Source: Promethearchaeota archaeon
GTDB taxonomy: Archaea; Asgardarchaeota; Thorarchaeia; Thorarchaeales; Thorarchaeaceae
Assembly (NCBI GenBank): GCA_048939765.1
Contig: JBHLPF010000012.1
Location: 1 to 39,881, forward strand
DNA length: 39,881 nt
Direction: 5' to 3'
Shown piece by piece: positions 9,693 through 18,398 of the stretch; the stretch's first letter is position 1, and the number at the start of each line of letters is the position of its first letter. The translations under genes were made by a program, and so were the position numbers. The notes under the pieces were generated by a model. That model did not search any database, was not told the origin of the DNA, and saw nothing but the letters and a program-made list of their open reading frames with translations.

Positions 9693-10726
9693 AACCGTTT
9701 CTTTCGCTTCGGATATGCACTGAAGGGTGCTCTGGGGGTCTGACTCACCCAATCCTTGGCGTCGTCAATTCGAGAAAGGGAGCGAAGTATGTCAAATGTG
9801 ATCCATCGAGTTGCTTCGGGTCTAGGCTGATACTCCCAGAGACCATAGTGTCCCTGCTGCTCCTGAAACCATTTCACGAGATCTTCCAATCGCTCATCAT
9901 TTTTGCCTGCTCCAATCCTCCATGACAAATCCAGAATTAGTGCAGGATCGAATCGTGCGTGATATGTGAAATGTCCACGGTGTTGTTCAAATCCGACTAG
10001 GCGGGCTACATTCAAGCCTACTGTCTTTCTATCTCTAGTTTCTCTACCAAGGAGAAGGTCTAATGCACGCTTTGCTTCGAGACTTGACCTTCTGGAGGGG
10101 TGATGCGCAAGAGTGGTAAGTGCAAGGGTTGTGTTTGTCCTGCATGCCCAGTCAGAGTGAGGCATCCTTCGATATCCTGCCCTATAGCCGAGGACTTCTC
10201 CCACCTTTCCAGTTGGCCACGCACCATCATCAAGCCGTTGGTCAATGAGCCATTCGTAGGCCAACTCTGCTCTCTTATCTGTTGAATAACCCGCTGTTGC
10301 GATACCTAACAATGGAATGGATGTCTGCAGAGGCACCATAGTATAGACGCCTCCATCAAGGCTGCTTCCATCATATGTCTGAGGAATTGCCCACGACCCA
10401 TCTCTCCTTTGCAGTGAGAATATGTATTCAACACCTCGTTTCATAGCTGGATGGTCCCGAGGAAGTCCAATGTAACCAAGTCTTTGAAGCGCAAATGATG
10501 TCGGCCTGACTCTATCCTTGGTTTCAGGGCCTCCAAGATCAGTGTTCTTCCATGATCCATCACTACTCTGCTTCTTCAGGAGATTCGATACCAGGGGGTC
10601 TTTTCCAATTAGCTCATCGAGTTCCATGACTTCGGTGTCATCATCGGGACGATTGAGGAGTTCTTTGAGCACAAGTCTTCGCAGACTTGGTGACCTGTCA
10701 GCCAACAGAAGTGGAATCCAAGTCAT
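9689..10726 (-). CDS. Prenyltransferase/squalene-cyclase QW-repeat (alpha/alpha barrel) protein
   Basis: Repeats KQSSDGSW, LQRRDGSW, DQRLDDGAW, QQGHYGLW; ATG 10726 overlaps the upstream TGA (ATGA); no DXDD cyclase motif seen. Confidence 0.8.
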   Translation of the reverse strand: MTWIPLLLADRSPSLRRLVLKELLNRPDDDTEVMELDELIGKDPLVSNLLKKQSSDGSWKNTDLGGPETKDRVRPTSFALQRLGYIGLPRDHPAMKRGVEYIFSLQRRDGSWAIPQTYDGSSLDGGVYTMVPLQTSIPLLGIATAGYSTDKRAELAYEWLIDQRLDDGAWPTGKVGEVLGYRAGYRRMPHSDWACRTNTTLALTTLAHHPSRRSSLEAKRALDLLLGRETRDRKTVGLNVARLVGFEQHRGHFTYHARFDPALILDLSWRIGAGKNDERLEDLVKWFQEQQGHYGLWEYQPRPEATRWITFDILRSLSRIDDAKDWVSQTPRAPFSAYPKRKKRF

Positions 10727-13700
10727 GACGCTCCCTCCAAGACCTCTCTCAAGTAAGGGGCAGTAGGTGTGTCCATCCCTGCAACCTCCCTTGGACTCCC
10801 AGTGGCTATCACCCTGCCACCTTTCGGTCCTCCAACTGGACCCAGCTCCAATAGCCAATCACAGGCTGCCAGGACATTCGGATGATGTTCAATAACAATG
10901 ACCGTGTTGCCTTCCGAGACAAGCCGCTGTAATACGCCTACGAGACGGTCGACATCCTCCAAATGCTGCCCAACAGTAGGTTCGTCTACTATGTAGAGGG
11001 TTGAAGATGAGTTCTTCTTGGAGAGTTCCTGTGCTATCTTGAGCCTCTGTATCTCCCCGCCTGAGAGTGTCACACTGGGTTGTCTGAGGACCAAGTAATC
11101 TAGTCCGACCTCCAATGCTGTTTTCAGCCTCCTTGAAACTCTGTCATCATCCTTGAACAGCTTGTAGAGCTGACCGAGTGTCATGGCGTTGAGTTCGGGT
11201 AATGAGATTCCCTTGACTCTAACATCCCATGCCTCTGGAGATCTCCCTGTTCCTTTGCATGTTTCACAGGGCGCAAATACATCAGGTAGGAATCCCATCT
11301 CAGTCCTAATTCGCCCCTGGCCTTCGCACACTGTGCATGGTGTACTGAGGCTCTTGTAATCCAACCCCAGTGCTTCTGCATCTTCACTCTCAGCATATAT
11401 CTGAACTAGCGACTTGAACAGGTCAAGAGCATGACCAGGACTCCGAATGCCCTTCCGACCCTGATCTAACATCACAACTCTCTCTGGACTCCCTGTGATC
11501 GATTCATGTTCTCCTGGTTCAAGTGGCACAAATGATACACTGGTTGTGAATTTCGTTGGCGCAAGGGCTCTTCCTATTGTGTCTATCATCAGAGTACTCT
11601 TGCCTGACCCAGATGTTCCACATATCCCAATAAGCAGGCCTAGGGGAAATTCTACTGTCAGGTTCTTGAGATTGTTTGCTTTTGCTCCCTTTACCTTCAT
11701 CCAGGCGATGGGTTCACGAGTTTCATCAGCAACAGCAGGCACTCTGTCACCTCGGAGCCATCTTGCCGTAATTGTATCTGCCTTCATCAATTCAGGGAGC
11801 GTACCGCTTGCGACTATTCTTCCACCTGACTCACCTGACTTGGGTCCCATGTCGACCACGATGTCTGCAGCTTTTATGACACCAAAGTCATGCTCGACAA
11901 CAATCACCGAGTGTCCTTCATCCCGGAGTTCTTTCAATGCATCAACAAGTGCATCCACCTCCGATGGATGCATTCCTCGCGTTGGCTCGTCGAGTAAGAC
12001 AGTCAGAGATGTGAGACCGCTGCCCAATAATGATGAGAGAACAACCCTTTGGGCCTCGCCTGCAGAGAGCGTGTTGGCCTCTCGATTAAGGTGAAGATAT
12101 CCAAGACCTACCTTCTCCAGAAAGCCGAGTTTCTTGATTATCTTCTCAAGATTACTTGTGGCAATCTCACCCTTCTTCGTTAGCTTTATGGCTCCAAGGA
12201 CCTGTTTCAATTCAGAAATAGGAAGTCCATTCAATTCGTCAATGCTACGGCCCTTTATCTTGATATTGCGGTATTTCTCACGTAGACCGCTCCCTTTACA
12301 CTCTTTACACTGCTCTCTTCTTGTATATGTGCCGCCAACATCCCAGTCACTAACCCATCGATAGAATCCACTCCAACTCCCCTTCGAATTAACCTCTACT
12401 CGCTTTCCTCTACGAGTTCCCAAGTAAGTGATGTCAAGAGGCTTTGGATTGGGGTCTCCATAAAGGAAAACATTCTGCACATGTTCCGGAATCTCATTCC
12501 AAGGTGTTGTCTTAGGGTCGAACCCATATCGCTTCCCGAGAGCATCAAGCGCCCCTCCAGCCCAGCTTGTTGGTGTACAGAAATAGCCCCTCGGGAAGTA
12601 GCCTGGAGAGTACATTGCTCCAGCGCAGATAGGCTTGTCAGGATGGACTATCAGCTTCTCAGGAATTGGCACTTGGCGATGTCCAACGCCACTGCAGGTG
12701 ACGCAAGCCGATGTGTATGTTCGCGAGGAGAAATCTCTAGGCCTCAGCAAAGGAACTTGCGTTTCACAAGCAGGACACTCCAATGTTTCTCCTCGTTTCA
12801 TTAATTTGCCACATTTCTCGCAAGGAACTTTCCCGATTGTAGCAAACAATGCTGCAAGATGATTGGATACCTCAGTCACAATTCCTACGGTTGTCCTAAC
12901 TGCGTACACTGACCACCATCCCGCACCTCGTCGTCGCCGAGATGTGATAGACATAGTGACGCCGAGTCCGCTGACTGATTCAACCGGCGCCTCAGGGCCC
13001 TCCCTTATTCCTTGCCTCTCATAAAGCGACAGGGATTCGTAGTATCTCCGCTCTGCCTCAGCCTGTAGTACATCCCTGACCAACGAGCTCTTTCCTGATC
13101 CCGATGGACCAGTCACGACTGTCAGTTTTCCCTTAGGAATGTCTAGACTGACATCTTTCAGGTTGTTGGCAGTGGCTCTCTTCACTTGGATAAAATCCGA
13201 CACACGACTGTGCTCTTCAGGGATCGCTCTTGGCGATAGCTTTTGTTCATCTCTCAGCGCTTTGGCGGTCAATGACATCTTGTTCTTGAGAAGTCCCTTT
13301 GGTGCTCCTTCAAACAGCAGTTCTCCGCCCTCGGGACCTGCACCAATCCCCAAATCGACAATCCAATCAGCAGAACGGATAATATCCAGATTATGTTCAA
13401 CGACAACAATCGTGGCACCAGCCTCAACGAGAGTGTCGAGAACACTTAGAAGACCATGAAGGTCTGCTGCTGAGAGACCTGTTGAAGGCTCATCGAGAAT
13501 TAGCAGGTCCTCTGAGAGTCCTCGCTTTCCTAGGAACCTAGCTAGTTTCACTCTCTGTGATTCGCCGCCCGAGAGTTGAGGAGATGGTTGCCCAAGCTTC
13601 AGGTACCCAAGTCCTATTGTGACGAGCGCATCAAGAATCTTGTTTGCTGAACGTTTCTTGTTTTCCGGAAGTCGTTCTTCTTGAGCTAGGAGTTGTTGCG

Positions 13701-15615
13701 CCTCCTGAATGGAGAGCTGATAGAAGTCAGCTATTGTCAGAACTTTGTTAGCAAACTCTACCTTGGTTTCTAGGACTTCAGGATTGAAGCGTTTGCCCTC
13801 ACACGATGAGCAGGTGATCCAAATTGAAGGAAGATAGCGCATCTTGACCTCTACCGCACCCATCCCCTTGCAGGCAGGACACATACCTTCGGGTCTGTTG
13901 AATGAGAAATGCGATGCGGATAGCTCTGATTCAGACGCATAGAGGTCTCTTATGATGTCTGACAGTTTCGTATATGTCGCGGGATTTGACCTAGGATTTC
14001 GTCCTATCGGCTTTTGATCTACAAGAACAGGTTTGAGCCTTTCACCAACAATCTCGGTGCATCCAGCAGGCTCTTTTTGTCTTAGCGACGGAACAAGAAC
14101 ATGTTCGACAAGAGTGCTCTTTCCTGAGCCAGACACTCCTGAAATGACGGTCAAACGTTCCAGAGGGATGTGGACTTCAATACCCTTGAGATTATGCTTC
14201 GCTGCGTTCTTTATGGTGAGGAACTCCTTCGGAAGAGTCCGCTCACGTTTGATGGGCACACTCTCATGCAGACTGAAGTACCTCCCCGTTGTGGTTTCTG
14301 CATCCCACAATTCTGCGGGTGTGCCGGTGAATACTATCTCGCCGCCGTCCTCACCCGCTGCTGGACCTATGTCTATCGCTTGGTCTGCCTCAGCGGCCGC
14401 CAGACGGTCATGTTCAACATAAATGACAGGACCAGGAAGTTCCCTAAATGCTGGAAGAACCTTCTTGACATCAGCAGCACTCTGTCCTATGGTTGGTTCA
14501 TCTAAAAGGTGCACCACGTCTTCCAATCTGTTGGTCAGCGAGATGGCCAAGCGAACTCTCTGACTCTCACCTCGAGAAAGACTAGGAGCCGATCGATTTA
14601 GCTGTATGTAGCCCAGTCCCACTCTGAGGAGAGCATCCAGTCGTTTCACAATCTCAAGCTTCAACCTTTTGGCAGTCGATGGTAAAACAGCATTCCTGAA
14701 GACCTTCCTAACCTCATCGACTGTGAGTGCCATCAGTTCGCCGAATCCGTGACCCTCCCATTTGACCATGGCTGCCTCGGAGTCCATTCCAGTGTAATGA
14801 CACACCTCACATCCATCACCGCCACATTCAGCACACTTCATTCGGAAGTGCTTTGGTTCCAATTCCTCAACCCACTTGCCACATTCACTGCACGCACCAG
14901 TCCTGGAGAGTCCAATTTCTCCAGCACTTGACTGAATAACCACTGAATTTGCGCCAAGAGCCGAGGCAATCCCTACACTCTCACGAATCTCTCTTCTTGC
15001 TGCTTTTCCAGTGTATCTCCCTATGATGACCGACACGTCATGCTCCAATGATGGAGTCAATTCTTTCTTCTTCCATGGTTTGCCATCGACAAGCAATGAT
15101 TCTGCACCGAATTCCTTCTCAAGAAGATTCAAGAGAGTGGAGTGTCCGCCTACAACTTTCCTCATTAAGGGTGCTGTGAGAATGAACTCTTCTTTCTTCG
15201 CCAATTCTCCTATTCTCTCTACAATCTCGTCTTCAGTCATCTTGGAGAGTGAGGCACCACATTGGGAACAAGACCTAGTTCCAAACCTAGTGTAAAGCAA
15301 TCTCAGGAATGGATGGAGACCTGAAGCAGACGCTAATGTGGAGAGAGGGTTTCGATTCAGCAGATTCTGCCCAACTGCTACTGTTGGGCCAATGCCAGAT
15401 ATAGAATCAACATTTGCTGGGGCAAGTCGGACCGTGGAGCGACCGGCATTGAACACCTCAAGAAATCTACGGCGAGCCTCGTGGTACATTGTGTCGAAAA
15501 CAAGAGAGGTTTTTCCTGAGCCACTTATGCCAGTGACTACTGTTAAGCCATCGCCTATATCAACACTCACATTTTTGAGGTTGTTCTCGCGGGCTCGCCG
15601 GATTCTAATGTCCAT
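10723..15615 (-). CDS. uvrA: Double-length UvrA-family ABC ATPase (two fused UvrA modules)
   Basis: Four Walker A (GISGSGKT, GVSGSGKS, GPSGSGKS, GTSGSGKS), four signatures (LSRGE, LSGGE, LSAGE, LSGGE), four DEP Walker B, four NLK starts, multiple CxxC zinc modules, PIGRNPRSNPATY motif. Confidence 0.92.
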   Translation of the reverse strand: MDIRIRRARENNLKNVSVDIGDGLTVVTGISGSGKTSLVFDTMYHEARRRFLEVFNAGRSTVRLAPANVDSISGIGPTVAVGQNLLNRNPLSTLASASGLHPFLRLLYTRFGTRSCSQCGASLSKMTEDEIVERIGELAKKEEFILTAPLMRKVVGGHSTLLNLLEKEFGAESLLVDGKPWKKKELTPSLEHDVSVIIGRYTGKAARREIRESVGIASALGANSVVIQSSAGEIGLSRTGACSECGKWVEELEPKHFRMKCAECGGDGCEVCHYTGMDSEAAMVKWEGHGFGELMALTVDEVRKVFRNAVLPSTAKRLKLEIVKRLDALLRVGLGYIQLNRSAPSLSRGESQRVRLAISLTNRLEDVVHLLDEPTIGQSAADVKKVLPAFRELPGPVIYVEHDRLAAAEADQAIDIGPAAGEDGGEIVFTGTPAELWDAETTTGRYFSLHESVPIKRERTLPKEFLTIKNAAKHNLKGIEVHIPLERLTVISGVSGSGKSTLVEHVLVPSLRQKEPAGCTEIVGERLKPVLVDQKPIGRNPRSNPATYTKLSDIIRDLYASESELSASHFSFNRPEGMCPACKGMGAVEVKMRYLPSIWITCSSCEGKRFNPEVLETKVEFANKVLTIADFYQLSIQEAQQLLAQEERLPENKKRSANKILDALVTIGLGYLKLGQPSPQLSGGESQRVKLARFLGKRGLSEDLLILDEPSTGLSAADLHGLLSVLDTLVEAGATIVVVEHNLDIIRSADWIVDLGIGAGPEGGELLFEGAPKGLLKNKMSLTAKALRDEQKLSPRAIPEEHSRVSDFIQVKRATANNLKDVSLDIPKGKLTVVTGPSGSGKSSLVRDVLQAEAERRYYESLSLYERQGIREGPEAPVESVSGLGVTMSITSRRRRGAGWWSVYAVRTTVGIVTEVSNHLAALFATIGKVPCEKCGKLMKRGETLECPACETQVPLLRPRDFSSRTYTSACVTCSGVGHRQVPIPEKLIVHPDKPICAGAMYSPGYFPRGYFCTPTSWAGGALDALGKRYGFDPKTTPWNEIPEHVQNVFLYGDPNPKPLDITYLGTRRGKRVEVNSKGSWSGFYRWVSDWDVGGTYTRREQCKECKGSGLREKYRNIKIKGRSIDELNGLPISELKQVLGAIKLTKKGEIATSNLEKIIKKLGFLEKVGLGYLHLNREANTLSAGEAQRVVLSSLLGSGLTSLTVLLDEPTRGMHPSEVDALVDALKELRDEGHSVIVVEHDFGVIKAADIVVDMGPKSGESGGRIVASGTLPELMKADTITARWLRGDRVPAVADETREPIAWMKVKGAKANNLKNLTVEFPLGLLIGICGTSGSGKSTLMIDTIGRALAPTKFTTSVSFVPLEPGEHESITGSPERVVMLDQGRKGIRSPGHALDLFKSLVQIYAESEDAEALGLDYKSLSTPCTVCEGQGRIRTEMGFLPDVFAPCETCKGTGRSPEAWDVRVKGISLPELNAMTLGQLYKLFKDDDRVSRRLKTALEVGLDYLVLRQPSVTLSGGEIQRLKIAQELSKKNSSSTLYIVDEPTVGQHLEDVDRLVGVLQRLVSEGNTVIVIEHHPNVLAACDWLLELGPVGGPKGGRVIATGSPREVAGMDTPTAPYLREVLEGAS

Positions 15616-15735
15616 GTTTTGACACCCTTGTCTACTTCATCGGGAGATGACTGACTTATATCCCGTGATTTGTCTAGCTCTCTCAGTTACTCCGAGTTCG
15701 GCATTTCCTTGTGCCAGATTTTGGCCCAGCAATTG

Positions 15736-16950
15736 TTACACGCTCTCTGCGAGTGCCGTCATTGTAATGGTTTCTTTTTCGCTGATTCGTTTGAGGAGCT
15801 CACAAACTGGCTTGATGAACTCAGAGTAGTCCGAAACCTCGTTCTTTGCAGCTTCATCCATAAGAATTGGCACCTTCTCAGCCTTCCTTCTAACATCGTC
15901 CAACATCTTCAACCCCTTCTTCTCAAGTAGCTCGTTGTTTGACCACTGGATCTCCCTCAGTTCAGCTAAGGCAGGGCATTCATCAGGCAGGAGGCCATTT
16001 GCCACATCTCTCCACATTTCTACTATGTCCCTAAACTCCTGTGCTCCCCTCAACATTGGATCGCTATTCATGAGTGTGCCGGCCTCCTGCAAGAAATCAG
16101 AGTATATCTGACGGAATATGGCCCCGCCTGACCCTCCTGTTTCTATGTATACGAAGTGCATCACGAGCGCATGTACAAGATTCCTGGGATTGGGAAACAT
16201 CTTCGGATATTTGGTGAGTTCCTTGCTCCATCTCATTATTCCCTTCACTCCGACATTGGAGATTGGAGGATTGAGAAGAGCATCTGCATTCTCGCGAATT
16301 GCATCAGGTATTATGTTCTCAAGAGGCGCGAGAGTTTCTGGAAAGGAGAAGCGCACCATTTGGTTCATGGCTGGAAAAGGAGGATATTCAGACGCTCGTG
16401 CTTTTTGAAGTTGGGTCAGAGCCATCTCAGCTGTTCCATGAAACCTGTCTGAGATGTAGGCCTTATTATTAGGCTCATCGATTCCATAGATGAGGAAATT
16501 GTGTTCACCGAAATGGTCGTCTTCACCAGTCAATAGATGGTCGAGATAAGCCATGTCGACACAGACCAGGCCCGGTTGGTTTTGCTTGAGAGTGTCTTTG
16601 AGAAACATGTGCGCCTTCTTTATGCTCTTGGTTAAGATTGACTCAAAGTCCCCTCCCAATCGCGTCGCAGCCTTTCCAAGAATGCCTGGAAACTTCCTGC
16701 AGTCCGATCTGTTCATTCCTCCAACAATGGGATATGGCATCATCTTCATGAACCAATAGATGAATCCCATTCCTGCCGAAATTCCAACAAGCATCGGCTC
16801 ACTGATCTCGTGTCCGAGGTGATTCATCAATCGAACCATGGAACTCGTCTGGCAATTCTTGCCATTCCCAAAATGTTTGAAATCGAGGACTATTCGTTCA
16901 TCGCCAATGCCAGCTGGCTTGAACTCCTTCTTCCTACTCATACTCTTCAC
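15736..16950 (-). CDS. BtrH N-terminal-domain protein (papain/C39-like fold, putative acyltransferase or peptidase)
   Basis: NCQT...ISEPMLVGISAGMGFIY, VDMAYL, HFGEH, YISD giving a plausible Cys-His-Asp triad; ETGGSGGAIFRQIYSDFL C-terminal motif; GTG overlaps padR stop (GTGA). Confidence 0.8.
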   Translation of the reverse strand: MKSMSRKKEFKPAGIGDERIVLDFKHFGNGKNCQTSSMVRLMNHLGHEISEPMLVGISAGMGFIYWFMKMMPYPIVGGMNRSDCRKFPGILGKAATRLGGDFESILTKSIKKAHMFLKDTLKQNQPGLVCVDMAYLDHLLTGEDDHFGEHNFLIYGIDEPNNKAYISDRFHGTAEMALTQLQKARASEYPPFPAMNQMVRFSFPETLAPLENIIPDAIRENADALLNPPISNVGVKGIMRWSKELTKYPKMFPNPRNLVHALVMHFVYIETGGSGGAIFRQIYSDFLQEAGTLMNSDPMLRGAQEFRDIVEMWRDVANGLLPDECPALAELREIQWSNNELLEKKGLKMLDDVRRKAEKVPILMDEAAKNEVSDYSEFIKPVCELLKRISEKETITMTALAESV

Positions 16951-17624
16951 CTGCCACTCTCCCAGAATAGAAATCCTGCCTCATCCTTCTCGATCTCTAG
17001 CACCAACTCTTCCAGCCATTTCTTTTCACATTTCAGTCTAACATGGGGTCTCTCGAACAATGCTAGAACCACTCCTAACTGAGCATCTGCTGGTATATCA
17101 GACGCTTTCATTCCCCCTACAATACGATTCGGTTCAGATTTGCGTATTCTATCGATATTCTTAATGGCATTAGCATGGCTTCCAAGAAAGTCGATTTGCC
17201 CCTCGAGATTTGCCAGTCGTCTCTTGAGTGAATCCACAGCTTCGCCCTTTGTTAACTGGAAGATGGCAGACATCCCTAGGTCGAAGAGACTGTTTGCCTT
17301 TGGTGGATCAACCAAGCACTGCACAATCTGATTTCGAAGATGTTTGGACCCCTTTCTAGTGATGGCGTATGTCTTCTTGGAAGGCTTGATTTTTTCGTCA
17401 GATTTCTGGCCTTTGATTAGACCCTTCCCTTCAAGCTCCTTCAAGGCTTTATAGACTGAAGAGAACTTGATGTCTACCCAGTTGCGATATCCACGCTGCT
17501 CGAGAATTTGGTTTATCTCATATCCGTATTTCGCGCCGGCTCCAATGAGTGAAAGGACTGCGAGATAGGTAGAGGGTAGAAGGACTGCATCCTTCTGCTT
17601 TGACTTAGATTCCATCTGTGCCAT
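16947..17624 (-). CDS. PadR family transcriptional regulator with long C-terminal domain
   Basis: LSLIG..KYGYEI, SSVYKALKELEGKGLI, KKTYAITRKG PadR winged-helix motifs. Confidence 0.9.
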   Translation of the reverse strand: MAQMESKSKQKDAVLLPSTYLAVLSLIGAGAKYGYEINQILEQRGYRNWVDIKFSSVYKALKELEGKGLIKGQKSDEKIKPSKKTYAITRKGSKHLRNQIVQCLVDPPKANSLFDLGMSAIFQLTKGEAVDSLKRRLANLEGQIDFLGSHANAIKNIDRIRKSEPNRIVGGMKASDIPADAQLGVVLALFERPHVRLKCEKKWLEELVLEIEKDEAGFLFWESGR

Positions 17625-17640
17625 CGAATCATCTCGTAGA

Positions 17641-17682
17641 TTATTATACTAGTATAATAACAAATATTCTACTGGTAGAATA
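17641..17682. promoter_or_regulatory. Tandem palindromic operator sites upstream of padR
   Basis: Perfect 20-bp TTATTATACTAGTATAATAA (17641-17660) and related TATTCTACTGGTAGAATA (17665-17682); minus-strand CTTATATT at 17685-17692. Confidence 0.75.
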
Positions 17683-17833
17683 GAATATAAGTCTTATGTC
17701 TGGCTCACTAAGTCAAAATCATACTGAACTGCCATTTCGCATTGTAGCCGCGAACCTATGATCAATGCTCGCAGCACACGTGGCCTGAATTGGTGATGGC
17801 AAGCGAATGTTTGGCGAGGTTGTCTGCCCTTTG

Positions 17834-18316
17834 CTATGAGTTCATTCTTTTCCATGTTCCAAGGAGATACTTTAGCTGACCATAGTGCTCAGTTTCGTGC
17901 GAGAAATTCAAGAGATACTTGTCGACAACCACTGCATGGTCAACCTCTCGAACTGAGTTGCGGCCTGCAATCATATCATCAAGAAATCCTATCGATACCT
18001 TTTGAGTTAGCTTCAGGAGTTCAATCGCTTCTGAGATTTGCATCATTTCATCTCTAGCTAATGCATAGGCTTTAACTCCAGGCCTGTATATTGCAACATT
18101 CTCTGCAGTGATGAACTGAGGGAAATCGAAACCAGGTATCTTATCTGTGACCATTAATTTCTCAAAAGCAGAGATATGGGGCACGATCCAAGCGGTTGCA
18201 TTTGATTTGGGTGTTGGCTGATAGAAGTAGCTACCATCGTCGAATTTCCCGAGGTATGCGATTAAGCTCTCTCTAAGCTTCAAATACAATGATTTGACCA
18301 ATTCCAAGTCGTCCAT
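17834..18316 (-). CDS. DinB/YfiT superfamily protein
   Basis: PTPKSNATAWIVPHI and HETEHYGQL three-His motif; start moved to ATG 18316 to remove overlap with divergent gene. Confidence 0.8.
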   Translation of the reverse strand: MDDLELVKSLYLKLRESLIAYLGKFDDGSYFYQPTPKSNATAWIVPHISAFEKLMVTDKIPGFDFPQFITAENVAIYRPGVKAYALARDEMMQISEAIELLKLTQKVSIGFLDDMIAGRNSVREVDHAVVVDKYLLNFSHETEHYGQLKYLLGTWKRMNS

Positions 18317-18337
18317 GGTTTCTGCACAATCAAATGT

Positions 18338-18353
18338 TACAGATATATCTGTA
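18338..18353. promoter_or_regulatory. Perfect 16-bp palindrome with ATATAT core between divergent genes
   Basis: TACAGATATATCTGTA in the 82-bp gap between dinB-like and S9 genes. Confidence 0.5.
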
Positions 18354-18398
18354 GGATTTCTGGAAACACACTTAGGGGGCTCTGCGACTGTAGAAGCC

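Noticed and set aside
9689-10726. Squalene-hopene or oxidosqualene cyclase
   Set aside because: Only one barrel of about 345 aa and no DXDD/DCTAE motif
11495-12094. Long antisense ORFs (199 aa here; 249 aa at 31559-32308)
   Set aside because: Mirror frames of well-supported genes, no independent signals
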